In this document: positions 48,301-56,960 of the stretch, one piece after another
How positions within the stretch are numbered: position 1 is the stretch's first letter
Layout: every line of letters begins with the position of its first letter
Origin: Raillietiella orientalis
Lineage: Eukaryota
Direction of reading: 5' to 3'
Assembly: GCA_036172245.1 (NCBI GenBank)
Contig: JAYWIR010000033.1
Location: 1,984,001-2,048,000 of the forward strand
Length of the DNA: 64,000 nt
The notes under the pieces: model-generated
What the model was told of the DNA's origin: nothing
Databases searched by the model: none
The model's input: only the letters and a program-made list of their open reading frames with translations
Program-made: the position numbers and the translations under genes

Positions 48301-50644
48301 CCTCTTTCCTCCGACCCCTGGGCGAGTGGATCCTCTTCTCAGACGGGAACTCATGGGAGACCCCCCTGCCTGCAGCTGGTAGCCACAGGGTGCGGGAGGA
48401 CGAGCGCGCCCGGCGGCTCAACGGTGGCGACATCTTTTTCCCCGCCTGCGGCGCTTCGAGCGCGTTGCCTCCGCGCGAGCGTTCCTTCTCTCCCGAAGCA
48501 GCGAGGCCGGAATGGGCGTCGCGACGCGTTCGGGAGGAACGGGAGAGGCTGGTCGACGGCTCTCTCGGTCATCCCGAGACTTCCCTTTCCCTTCGCCTCG
48601 CCTCATTCCCCAGAGACGTCCCTGCAGGTTACGGCGGGAGTCGCGGTTGCCAGGGAGGACCCTGCCCCCGCCTTCTCTGGCCGGAGGGAGCGAAGGGGGA
48701 GCTGCCGGAGCTTTTCCGACTGCTCTCCTTGCTCGCAGCGGCGCGTGAGGGAGAAAGCGGGCAGCCGGATGGCATGACCGGGAAGGGAAGACGCTGGCGT
48801 GGCTCTCCGCCGGACTTTCATCAATGGAGTTCGTTGGCCGGAGGATGTGCTCTCATCTCCTCCCCGAGACACTCTGATCCATAAGGAGAGCGGGGGGCAG
48901 GCTGCGGACCCAGCGTCCGGGAAGAGCTCCTCCGGGAAGGAACCGCCATGCAGTGCTGCTGCCGCCACTGAGCTTTCCAGGGTCGCCCGGTGCGCGCCGG
49001 TGGTAAGTTCGCTCCACAGCATCTCTGCTCCCAGACCCGAAGGTCGGCCCGGATTCTCCCTCATCGCCACCCCTGACACGACGGCACGTCCCTCCCAATG
49101 CTTCCGCTGCTCTCACGAAGAACACGAGTGCAGTCTCCAGGGAGACATCGAACTGCACGGCGGGAGCTCCGAGAGTCGTCCCATCTTCCGACCCACCTCG
49201 GAACAGAAACCCCGCCTCCGGAAAGGAAAGGTGGAAACCACCCTTGCTCTTGCCTCACCCTCCTTCAGAGCGTCTGTTTCCACACCTCCAAGTCCCCACT
49301 CCCTCCCTTCTGAGGGGCCTCCCCTCCTGTGAGACGTTGACAACTGTGCTCCAGCACAGGCAAGGCAGCTCCAGCTGAGCGGGGTCCCGCACGCTGGATC
49401 TCCGGATCCTGTCTTCCGCTCTTTCCATCCCGGAGTGACGGGATGGGTGGGGAGTGTCGTCTGTCTGCTCCGCTTCCCGAGGAAATCATGGGGTGTGGTG
49501 GGAGGGGGAGGAGACAGGATCGCTTCTTCAACGCACTTCCTTTCGGACTAGGAGCACAGCCGATAGGGGCCCGCACTCTCCCGGGAGCAGGACGACCCTC
49601 CGCACCCGCTCGACTCGCGACCCTCTGGGATCGCTTCCCACGGGACCCAATCCCCGACGACCCCCTAAGAGGGAGTCCCGGAAGCTCTTCGCTTGGGTAA
49701 CGACCGCGTCCGGACTTCCGGGTTTCTCCCTCCCTGTGCCGCAGTGCGCGCGTGCGGATGAAGGGACGGATCCTCCCGGATGGGAAAGGATTCCCGGATG
49801 AGGGAGAGTGGAGGTGCTTCTCCCGTCTCGGGAATGCTTCCGCTGCCCTCGCCTTGGCTCTCCTTTGTCCGCCGAGTGGGCGATCGTCGGCGCGCCTCGC
49901 TGTCTCCAGGGATATCGGCGCGGGAGAGAGAAGGGCGGTTTTGGGTGACACGCGAGGCACGATCGGGGGTGTGAGGAGGGGGAGGCGAGGGGAGGGCGCC
50001 ATCTTCCTCCTCCTAGCTCCCCACTCCTCGGCTCCGCTCCCGGACGCGAGTCTTTCCGGACGGGCGCTCCTGAGCAGACCCGTCCGCCGGGAAGAGTTTC
50101 CTGAGCCCCCTCCATTATCCCGGATTGATCGCTCGCCATTCATCACGGAGGGATGCTCGGACAGCCTGGAGCATCCCCTCTCGCGCGCGCTTCCCCTTTT
50201 TCTCCCCTTTCCTCGCCCCCCTTCCCCCTTCTAGTTTTCTTTTTTTTTTTTTCCCCCCCTTCTCTCCCTCCTGTGTGGAGCCTCGACCTCGGGGAAAGAC
50301 GAGAGGGCGGTCATGGCGTTTCCCAGGAAACGCCCTCGCTGCCTCGGAGTGGCAAGAGGGTCGCGAGCGAGCGCGCCTGCACGGGTTAGCTGACCCGTCG
50401 CTTCCATCCCTTCTCCCCCCAGGAGTAGGAATCGGGAAGAGAGTACGCTACCGCTCCGGTGTTGCCTAGCAGCGGATCGTTCAGTGGCAAACCTCCCCCC
50501 TTCACGCGACAGAGAGCGCTGCGGGAGTCACGCTGCTCCTCCCCCTTCCGGCCCTCCCAGCAAACTCTCGCCAGCCCGTCTCCCCCGCTTACCTTGGCAG
50601 CAGGCGACCCAGGTCACCAGGGCAGCTAGGCGCAGGTCCAGCAT
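6177..50644 (-). CDS. IgLON-family cell-surface protein (DIP / lachesin-like): signal peptide + 3 Ig domains, 7 coding exons, 3' end incomplete
   Basis: The spliced product reads in frame across six GT-AG introns (5684, 8147, 4075, 10027, 6024, 9571 nt): MLDLRLAALVTWVACCQ-ATNFHPHFIESISNVTIAVGKDAILSCRVENLNGHK-VAWLNANTQTILTIHKHVISRNPRISLLHNDHHQWDLHISSVKEEDRGVYMCQINTDPMLSQIGQLEVV-VPPDIVEVGGNPDAVVREGSNVSLRCQVRGYPPPQVSWRREDGAPIRIFHSE-VQVAKGDYLNITKISRLHMGAYLCIATNGIPPSVSRKLVIKVQ-FPPMIWVQNQREGVYLNEDATISCYSEAYPESINFWTNESGSMLIP-GSKYTMNITSFSYKVYMSLRIRRMKKSDFQTYKCLAKNSLGDTDGHIRLY. The motifs YMCQINTDPM, MGAYLCIA.NG.PPSVS, FPPMIW..NQ, SEAYP.SIN.W and YKC.AKNSLG.TDG.IRLY are typical of arthropod DIP/lachesin proteins. 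The specific paralog cannot be named. Confidence 0.95.
7821..8054 (+). repeat. G-rich minisatellite, ~3 x 83 bp
   Basis: Units start at 7821, 7904 and 7987 (GGGAGGAAAGGGAGTCAGTCGCATTCGAGGTGGGGTGGTGAGTCGCATCAAAGTGCTCCGTTGGCAGTGGGGGAAGAGAGGAA). The third unit lacks 4 bp and is truncated. Confidence 0.95.
12198..12938 (-). mobile_element. Long tRNA-derived SINE-like element, copy 1 (intron 6)
   Basis: B-box-like GGTTCGAAAAC (minus strand, 12867-12877) near the 5' end. Perfect 10-bp target-site duplication TTCGAAATCA at 12188-12197 and 12939-12948. Homologous to 18471-19238 and, inverted, to 25022-25785. Confidence 0.85.
15898..16035 (-). CDS. IgLON/DIP-like exon 6 (N-half of Ig3)
   Basis: Not in the ORF track on this strand. 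Acceptor GATTTTGCAG, donor CTG|GTAAGC, 138 nt, phase 1-1. Encodes PPMIWVQNQREGVYLNEDATISCYSEAYPESINFWTNESGSMLIP. Confidence 0.96.
18471..19238 (-). mobile_element. Long tRNA-derived SINE-like element, copy 2 (intron 5)
   Basis: B box GGTTCGAATAC (minus strand, 19167-19177). Flanked by a 15-bp direct repeat with 2 mismatches (AGCAACAGCAGGGAT 18456-18470 / AGCAACAGTAGCGAT 19239-19253). The 3' end has a short CATC/ATC-type repeat (CCATCATCCATC). Confidence 0.85.
20879..21000 (+). repeat. Degenerate tandem duplication, ~55-56 bp unit, 2.2 copies
   Basis: GACCACTGC recurs at 20879, 20935 and 20990, with conserved CCGATC, GAAC.CATGGCTG and ACGGA.CG.TGCCA in both full units. Confidence 0.8.
22060..22188 (-). 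CDS. IgLON/DIP-like exon 5 (C-half of Ig2)
   Basis: Not in the ORF track. Acceptor TTTTCTTTGCAG, donor AGT|GTAAGT, 129 nt, phase 1-1. Encodes QVAKGDYLNITKISRLHMGAYLCIATNGIPPSVSRKLVIKVQ. Confidence 0.96.
25022..25785 (+). mobile_element. Long tRNA-derived SINE-like element, copy 3 (intron 4, opposite orientation, more diverged)
   Basis: A-box-like TGGCGGAGGCTTTGTGG (25027-25043) and B box GGTTCGAATAC (25077-25087). The body is colinear with the reverse complement of copies 1 and 2 (e.g. GAGACAACCAGGGTGG, GGACTCCGAG, GCGGACCCC). No clear TSD, and the 3' boundary is approximate. Confidence 0.75.
28600..29130 (-). mobile_element. Possible decayed APE-type endonuclease relic, intron 4
   Basis: DVFCVQ (cf. 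DI..LQE) followed by SDPKKTGVGVLSKEL (cf. S...RGVAIL.K). Frames are disrupted. Confidence 0.3.
30846..31204 (+). repeat. Dispersed repeat, copy A (unclassified)
   Basis: Same-orientation homolog at 38562-38860. Shared blocks include CCATTCGAGGCAAAGGCAGCGT, CTCATTGGAAAACACCTGGATCGTGGGAAGA and GAAACGGCAGCGGTCACTTGTACT. This copy carries extra internal segments. Confidence 0.85.
32216..32371 (-). CDS. IgLON/DIP-like exon 4 (N-half of Ig2)
   Basis: Acceptor TTTTCTTCTTCCAG, donor AAG|GTAAGG, 156 nt, phase 1-1. Encodes PPDI...VREGSNVSLRCQVRGYPPPQVSWRREDG. Confidence 0.96.
36447..36654 (-). CDS. IgLON/DIP-like exon 3 (C-half of Ig1)
   Basis: Acceptor TTTCCTTTCTCGCAG, donor TAG|GTGAGA, 208 nt, phase 0-1. 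Encodes VAWLNANTQTILTIH...DRGVYMCQINTDPMLSQIGQLEVV. Confidence 0.97.
38562..38860 (+). repeat. Dispersed repeat, copy B (unclassified)
   Basis: Homologous to 30846-31204, sharing the blocks listed for copy A. Confidence 0.85.
40950..42000 (-). mobile_element. Possible decayed L1-like endonuclease/linker relic, intron 2
   Basis: Ordered weak remnants FYGP, PWKL and DARSPFFH (cf. YAP, WKLN, GD.NTKFFH), with many stops and frameshifts. Confidence 0.3.
44802..44908 (-). CDS. IgLON/DIP-like exon 2 (N-half of Ig1)
   Basis: Acceptor poly-T-CCAG, donor AAG|GTGAAC, 107 nt, phase 1-0. Encodes TNFHPHFIESISNVTIAVGKDAILSCRVENLNGHK. Confidence 0.95.
46560..47700 (-). mobile_element. Decayed non-LTR retrotransposon with restriction-like endonuclease (R2/R4/NeSL-type) C-terminus, intron 1
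   Basis: TKLVLELKDGGKLMEVACSYEYSAAALEWASQKKESKSY resembles the RLE signature PD-x-(D/E)V..P.E.....L..A...K..KY. The catalytic PD and the upstream CCHC are degraded. The upper boundary is approximate. Confidence 0.45.
48068..48301 (+). repeat. Left arm of a ~215-230 bp inverted repeat in intron 1
   Basis: Reverse complement of 49440-49675, with long identical blocks such as CTCCTAGTCCGAAAGGAAGTGCGTTGAAGAAGCGATCCTGTCTCCTCCCC and CCATGATTTCCTCGGGAAGCG. Confidence 0.9.
49440..49675 (-). repeat. Right arm of a ~215-230 bp inverted repeat in intron 1
   Basis: Reverse complement of 48068-48301. A possible 7-bp flanking direct repeat TCCCGGA lies at 49428-49434 and 49676-49682. Confidence 0.9.
50593..50644 (-). 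CDS. IgLON/DIP-like exon 1 (start codon, signal peptide MLDLRLAALVTWVACCQ)
   Basis: ATG at 50644, 17 codons forming a signal-peptide-like hydrophobic stretch, strong donor AAG|GTAAGC. Phase 1 matches the next exon (G+CT = Ala). Lies in a GC/CpG-rich region. Confidence 0.8.
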
Positions 50645-50656
50645 GATCCTCCCCGT

Positions 50657-50704
50657 TCACTCCAGGCGGACGCTGGAGGCGCTGCGAGATCCCTGCTCGG
50701 GCAT
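50657..50704 (-). promoter_or_regulatory. Candidate upstream ORF (MPEQGSRSASSVRLE*) in frame with the main ATG
   Basis: ATG at 50704, TGA ending at 50657, 12 nt before the main ATG at 50644. Valid only if this segment is in the mature 5' UTR. Confidence 0.4.
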
Positions 50705-51513
50705 AACCGTTCGCCGGAAGCAGGGGCGAAGCGACAAGGGGAGGAGGGGGTGGGGGTAAGAAACGTCCGGCTCCTCTTCCTCCGCTCCCAGTTCACCTCT
50801 TCCCCCCCTTTTTTTTTTTCCCCTGCCTCGCCTTCCCTTTTCTCGTGGGGGCGGATCCTCTTGGGCGGGAAAACGAGCGACCGCTTCCTGACTGCGTTCC
50901 GGAGGCGAGCGGTTCCTCGTTCCTTCCCTTCGGGACGCGGCGGCGGCTGCGGCGGCGGAGGGAGGGAGAGTTCCTTGTCCCGGGATCGGCGAGTGGGATC
51001 GCGCTGTCCGGAGATCGGGCGGGCAGCGACTGCATCCCGGTGTCACGGAGACTCGCTACGCGCGCGCTCCTCTCCCCGGCGGACTTGCGTCGTGGGAAGC
51101 CGGGAAGAGGGGAATTTCGAGACGGCAGCTGCTGCTGCCGCTGTTGTCCTCTTTTCCTTTCCCTCCTTCATCTTCTCCTTGGAGGTCAGCCCAGTCAGCG
51201 AGGAGCAATCAACGTTTCGCGCGCGCGCCTTCGAGGGCCAGGCCCCCTCCGGGACCGGCGTCCCCTTGCCCCCTCCATCCCTGCTCACTCATAAGCTCGA
51301 GGCCATCTCAAAAAACTGGAGGGCAAATGGTGGCGCCGCCGAGAGTCGGGTCATCTCGGAATGCGAACCTGCGACCGCACCACGCGGAAGCAGCCCTCAG
51401 GCTCCTGCCTTCGGGACGACCACCGTCCAAGACACCCCTCCACCGTGGCACGCGGAGTGGATCCCCCTCCAAGTCTGCTCACTTCCGACCACGTCATCGT
51501 TGCTTTGGTTCTC

Positions 51514-52050
51514 TTCCGGGTACGCCGGGGCATTTATTTAAAGATTAAATGAACCTTTGCAATTTGTGTCGTTGGATCACCACGTTCGTTTCTGGTACGC
51601 AGACCCGTGGCGTCTACCACAGAGGCAGCAGAGGGGGAGGGTCCAAACAAAAAGAAGAAAGAAAAAAATAAAAATAAAACAATTTGGGAGGAAGGGGGTA
51701 GGTGACAGGAAGGTATCACTATGTGCTGGGGGCGGTCCTCTGCATTCTTCGGAGGATGCCGGCAAGGTCCTGCGTAATGCTGACGTCCAGGTGGGCCAAC
51801 TGACCTCTGTGCGCAGAAAGCAAAGAGGAAAGTGGAAGGCGTCCCTGCCGTTCCTTCCTCCACTGGCGTCGCTCCACGCTGCCACGATCCCACGGAGGCA
51901 GGAAAGCGCTTCTGGGGCTGCGGCCGGCTGCAGGGCGTCCTGCACAAAGAGGAGTCTTACAACGTCCCTGGGGTTGCCGCCACGGGCTCCAAGGGTCGCG
52001 GCAAAGCGTTCTAGAAGGGACTGGAGGGCAAAACAGAAAACTAGCAGGTA
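51514..52050 (-). mobile_element. L1/Tx1-like non-LTR retrotransposon 3' end fragment (ORF2 C-terminus + 3' UTR), copy A
   Basis: Minus-strand translation LLVFCFALQSLLERFAATLGARGGNPRDVVRLLFVQDALQPAAA, then after a frameshift QDLAGILRRMQRTAPST*. This is followed by a pyrimidine-rich UTR and AATAAA (51533-51538). Homologous to copies B, C and D. Confidence 0.65.
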
Positions 52051-52054
52051 ATGG

Positions 52055-53530
52055 TTGACACCCAGTCACGCCGGGACTTTTATTTATAGAAAAGAAACAT
52101 CCATGTCTGTGGCAGGACTTTTGATCCTGCCACGTTACTCATAACTTCGAGGAGGAACCTACCTGGAACGGGCACTCAGGCCAGCAGGGTTAACCTCTGC
52201 AGCAAAGAGGAAGGGGAGACAAACAAGAAGCCAAAAAAATTGAACAAAAAACATTTAGTCAAAAAATGGGGGAGAGGGAGTTTGGGAAGGGATCACTGCG
52301 TGCTCAAGGGTGTCCTCTGTATCCTTGTAAGAATGCCGTCAATTTCCTGTTACAAGACTCCCATCTTGACGCCATCCTCACGAAGAGGACGAACAGCAAA
52401 ATAAATGCCGTCCCTGTCGTTCTGGCTTCTGGAGCTGCTCCATGAGGCCACGGTTCCGCGGCGTGGTCACCAAAGTGCTCCTTGGGATGCGGCCGGCGTG
52501 AGGGCGTCGCACAGGAAGAGACTCTTGACAACGTCTCTGGCGTTGCCCTCGGGGATCCGCAGGGACGCGACAAAGCGTTCCCATATGAAACGGAGGGCAA
52601 CATAGTCCACTAGGGGGTGCGGGAATTACTCTCTCTCGCCGCACTTGTCGCAGCTGGGGCTTACACTCCAACGGGTCCAATGGTGTCGGCGGGCATAGCA
52701 CAGCAGACCGACAGACTGTTGCACCGCTGTTGGACTGGGATACCCTCTTCCCACACCTTAGATAGCTTGGTCCACACACACTTCGTTTCCAGTGATGCCG
52801 GCGCGCCTTGCACGTGAAACTCCAGTGCAGCATCTGCTCCCACTCTTGACGCTTCAAGGGGAGGGCGCGGATGTTCATGAGCACCAGAGAGCACTGCACA
52901 TCTTCCACCGGAAGTTCCAGTGACTCGCCCCAGCGAGCAACTAGGACTACTCATCGTTGTTTTGGGAAATCCGGGACATGTCACACCACTGATCGGAAAC
53001 AAGTAGATGGACCAAAATTGCTGGGAGGGAGTGCTAAGAAGCACTTGAAGGAATTGAGGGTGAGGCAACCAGTCAGAAGGTGGTGGAGTCCATTTCCGAA
53101 GGGGGCATGTGCTCGGAGGGATACGGGAGGAATGGAAATGGAGTGCGTTCCCCGGGACTATTGGGCCGAGGAGCCCTTCCATTCCGCCATACGGTTTGGA
53201 TCATTCGCCGCACCCCGCGTGAGGGAAGGACACTCTTCGTTCCGTGCCGAGAGAAAGGATAGGGAGGAAGGGATGGAGGCAAGTAGGGCCTCCATCTTTC
53301 GGCACTTCTATGCAAGCCTCTGGGACGCAATCGTCTCGGATAGCTATTTGGCCCCTCGTCACAGCACCGTCTGCCCTCAGGACAAGAAATAACAGCAGCC
53401 AACCGACAGGGTGGGAGTTCTCCTGCAAAACTGCAGGAGTCGAGAAACTCCTCAACGACTGAAAGACGAGGAGGGAGTTGGTGAACGCCGCCACTTCTCG
53501 TTTTCCGGGCACAGGGACTCACTCGGTGGA
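52055..53530 (-). mobile_element. L1/Tx1-like ORF2 C-terminal relic with zf-RVT-like zinc knuckle and 3' UTR, copy B
   Basis: Decayed frames CYARRHHWTRWSVSPSCDKCGERE*FPHPLVDYVALRFIWERF (Cx2C..E..H pattern of the LINE ORF2 C-terminus) and CIEVPKDGG (resembles the L1-clade 'PK..GGLG' motif). AATAAA at 52079-52084. The 5' boundary is approximate. Confidence 0.65.
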
Positions 53531-53539
53531 GTGACCTGC

Positions 53540-54290
53540 TTGATATGCCCCTGAAGAACTTGTGGTCCCTCCCCTGTGGGTGGGCACCTCCGTGTTCCCC
53601 TTACGATGGAAGCAGGATGTCCTTCTGTTTCTGCGCTCGTAATTCCATTGCAATCAACGCAGACACCTGGCTTTCGGGGGAACTGCCTCCCCGAACTGTC
53701 TATGGTACGGGGCGATGGAATCGCCTCCGCATCTCTGGTTGGACTGCAGGGCCCTGGAGGACTTGTGACGGAGACCAGCCTCGGCGCTCCGACAACCACA
53801 GGACACCGCTTTGCACTTGATGCGACGCTTCTTCACCGAAGATGGGCTGAAGACGGGCGATATGATCGCAACGAAATGCTGCGTCTGCTCCATAGCGACA
53901 GCCCGCTATGTGCTGCAGTCACGTTAGCAACCAAAGGAGGCCAATAGCATGGCAGCCGCCTCCATGAGGACAGCAGCAAGGTGGCTTTATCTGCCATAAG
54001 AAGCTGCAGGGAAATAGCCACAATCCAGAGCCTCTTCTGGAAAGGAACAATTGATATTAAAGACTTCTGTCCCGCCCTCCCGCCTTTTTTCTTATTTGTT
54101 TATTGTCCCCTCTCCATTCTCTCCGTTTCTTTTTTTTAGAAGCCGGTCTACGTGCCGGTGGTCCCCCCTAATGAACTTTTCTTTTTTTGTCTTCGGTATT
54201 TCTGGTATCGAAGGAACAGTGTTCCCTCTGACTTCCCGTGCATTTTTTTTAAAATAAAGGTTTCAGTGTCACCGAATAAAAACCCCTTTT
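53540..54290 (+). mobile_element. Possible related LINE 3' end in the opposite orientation
   Basis: Plus frame HRFALDA...RNEMLRLLHSDSPLCAAVTLA loosely parallels ERFAATL...RDVVRLLFVQDALQPAAA. It is followed by a T-rich tract and two AATAAA. Confidence 0.35.
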
Positions 54291-54299
54291 GGCACTTTT

Positions 54300-56960
54300 T
54301 CGCGTGCAGCTTGGCAACATTTCTGCCTTAGGGGGCATAAGATGATTACCTATAGGTTCAAAGAGGTAAGCATACACCGGAACAGATGCTGGAAGCCATC
54401 GTCGACGAATTGAAGTGTCCTGTATGTCAGCTCTCCCAAAATCTCTGGAACATACCAAAAACGGAGAAGTAAGCGGAACGGACGTCCAGTCCTGATTTGG
54501 ACCGGACGTCCGTACTTGGTGGATGACCACCAGCACGGGCTTCGATGAAGGGGAAGGCTGGCACAAAGGATTTTCCCTGGATAACCCTCAGAATGATTTT
54601 GCACCTTCCACAGCCCCTCGAAGAGCCTTCGGACGTAGCCTCGACCACTTGAACCAAGGCGTCAAGAAAGGAGTCCCCGGAAAATGATCCGGAATTTCTC
54701 CCGAATTTCCCCTTTTTCCGAGCATTCCTCCCTGAGACATACTCTCATATCCTTGGTTTTTCGGGCCATTTGTCCAGAATAAAGGAGCGGGAATTCAGGA
54801 AGCGAAAGGTCGACCACCTGACGACACGAAAAGGAAATGCCCAAAAGAGTGTCGCTGGATTCGCAGCCGGGAAGGAGGGAAGAAAGGAATGCTCAGAGAA
54901 GAAACAAATGAACAATAGGATCGAGCCGGGAGCATCACGAGAGGCTGCGACGGATTCTCGCTGCCACTTGTTCAGTCCGCGGATGCGCACGTTTCTCGTC
55001 GCCGAGCAACGACCCCTTCGACGCGCCTCTACGTTGCTGGACCGCGTGCTATCCACTGTGGCCAGCAAGATACGAAAGATGGTGGCTCGATTCCCCTCCG
55101 GAGCGGAGCGATGCCTGCTTGAGGGAGAAAATGCAAGGCCTGACTTCGGCACACGCACATACACTCCCTTTCTTGTAGGATCAGGTGCGCCGGAGGAGAT
55201 TCCCGGACCACCGGCCATCAGGCTGGGACCGCAGTCCCTCGACTCCAATTCCTGAGGATGCGCTCGCGATGAGTCAGCTTCCTGCCCGCCGCCGAACTAT
55301 TCCTTCCGCTTCGCCCGTGATTAACGAGGCGCCTATCCCGATTCCCGACGATAAAATGCATCGTCTCGTGCAAAGGCTTCCCGTACCTTTCGGGAAGTTT
55401 CGCGGGAGGAACGGGAGAGTCCCCGCTGTCCGACTCCCACGCTTCCACGCTCGCTTTCAGGGACGCCTTTGTTTACCGCTTCTTGAATTTCCCTCCCCCG
55501 TCCACGTCTTTCTTCTCCCACCTCCTGATTGCGAGGTGCATTTCGTCCCGAGTTTTTGGCCAAGGGGGCCAAGGAAGGTTGCCGAGGTCAACTCCCTAAG
55601 AAACTTTTCTTCCGCGGGCTCCACGCCCACTCTGCCGGGAACCTCTTCCAGTGGATCCAGAAATTCTCCTTCTATCTTATATCTTATATCTCTCGGATCC
55701 TTGAATACCTTTTCCTGGACTTCTTCCTGCTCGCCGCTGCCATCCCGTTCCAGCTTGCGGAAGCGTTTCTGCGCGGATCTATACCACGGATGCTCGAGAG
55801 ATGCAAACGCTATTGAGTGTTTCACGGCGTCGCAATCGCCCTGCGCGCGGCGGAGTCACCGCACCCGCGCTCGTTTCATCTCATCTCTCAGAGCTCAGCT
55901 CTCGGGGAATCTCCTGGAGATGAAAAGTCCCTCTGCACGAAGGCGAGAAAGGTCGGAGTGAGCGCGAAGGAGGAAATGCTGAACCCCTAAAGGAGAAGTC
56001 AGGGAGACGGCAAGTACAGGAGGAGGTGCATGGAACCCTCGGAAGGGTCCCATTTTTGTAGGAGACCTCACCTCCCGGGAAGAAGTGTCAGACCTCTTCA
56101 GACGACCCGCTCAGTGGGTGGTCACACGCTCTTTACTGATTTTCCTTCTTTCGTTATGGCTCTTCCTCTTTCGCAGAAGCTGCTCCGCACCGCGTGATCT
56201 TACCATGTTCCAGCAAGATCAGAGGAAGAGAGTAGCATCTCGGGAAGAGGGACGGCGAAGAGCTGGAGACACTCCCATCTTGCGGTGTTGAGTCCGGGAT
56301 CTCGGCTCACCTGCCCTTCTGAGGAGGCGTCGATCCTGACAGAAATCCACTTGCAACGCAAAGACGCGAGGGAAAGAGAGCAGGGAAAGTCGCTTCCTCG
56401 GATGGGAAGTTGGAAATGCGGCGGCAGTTCTTTTGCTGGCACCGGTTCGAGCCTCCTCGTCCACCACAAGAGGAAGACAACTCGGCTCGTGTGAGCACCA
56501 GGAACTTTCGAGGGCTCCGGCAAATCCCCGATCTCCTGAGGTTCACTTGGATTCACTCCGATCGCAGAATGTTCCGTCCCAGCACGCGCAGAATCTTCGA
56601 TTCCGCAAGACTGGCTGGAGCTCGCAGGATCCGCAAATTCAGCAGCTGACTGGTGGCAAAGCTGTGGCCCAAAATGGAGCAAAACCCAATCTCATGACCA
56701 CTCGTGTTCGTATTTTACCAGCGATGTTCCAGGCGGCCATGATCGATGACCAGAAGGTTTCTCACCATCGTCACTGTTCCGCCTCCCTTTTCATTTCATC
56801 CCTCCCTCGAGTCGCTGGTCTCAGGAGGGCCAGACGGTTCACCAACACTCGCCTTTCCTGAGTAGAGTGCGTTGGAGAGCACCTTTTTTTTTTCCTGATT
56901 TGCTCCACTCCTCCTCAAGGAATCTTTTAGCTCTGCTGAGACTTCATCGTTTCCCAATCG
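54300..56960 (-). mobile_element. Heavily decayed L1/Tx1-like ORF2 N-terminal part (APE endonuclease, linker, start of RT)
   Basis: Motif remnants occur in the expected order across shifting frames: ALQRTLL (cf. LQETH), GGTVTMVRNLLVIDHGR, GHEIGFCSILG, SVRID, EIREKFRIIFRGLL, KSGLD....F....FQRFWE (cf. KSPGPDG..EFY..FW) and MLTSLNL*VIILCP. Each is weak alone. Boundaries are approximate. Confidence 0.45.

Larger units (their letters stand above)
47700..51500. promoter_or_regulatory. GC/CpG-rich region around the first coding exon (probable promoter / 5' UTR / proximal intron 1)
   Basis: Visibly higher GC and CG-dinucleotide density than the flanks, with purine and pyrimidine tracts, surrounding the signal-peptide exon. 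No transcription start site could be pinpointed. Boundaries are approximate. Confidence 0.5.

Noticed and set aside
47900..51550. Many overlapping 100-290 aa ORFs
   Set aside because: Arg/Pro/Gly/Ser-rich translations in all six frames reflect high GC and stop-codon scarcity. Only the 52-nt signal-peptide exon has splice and phase support.
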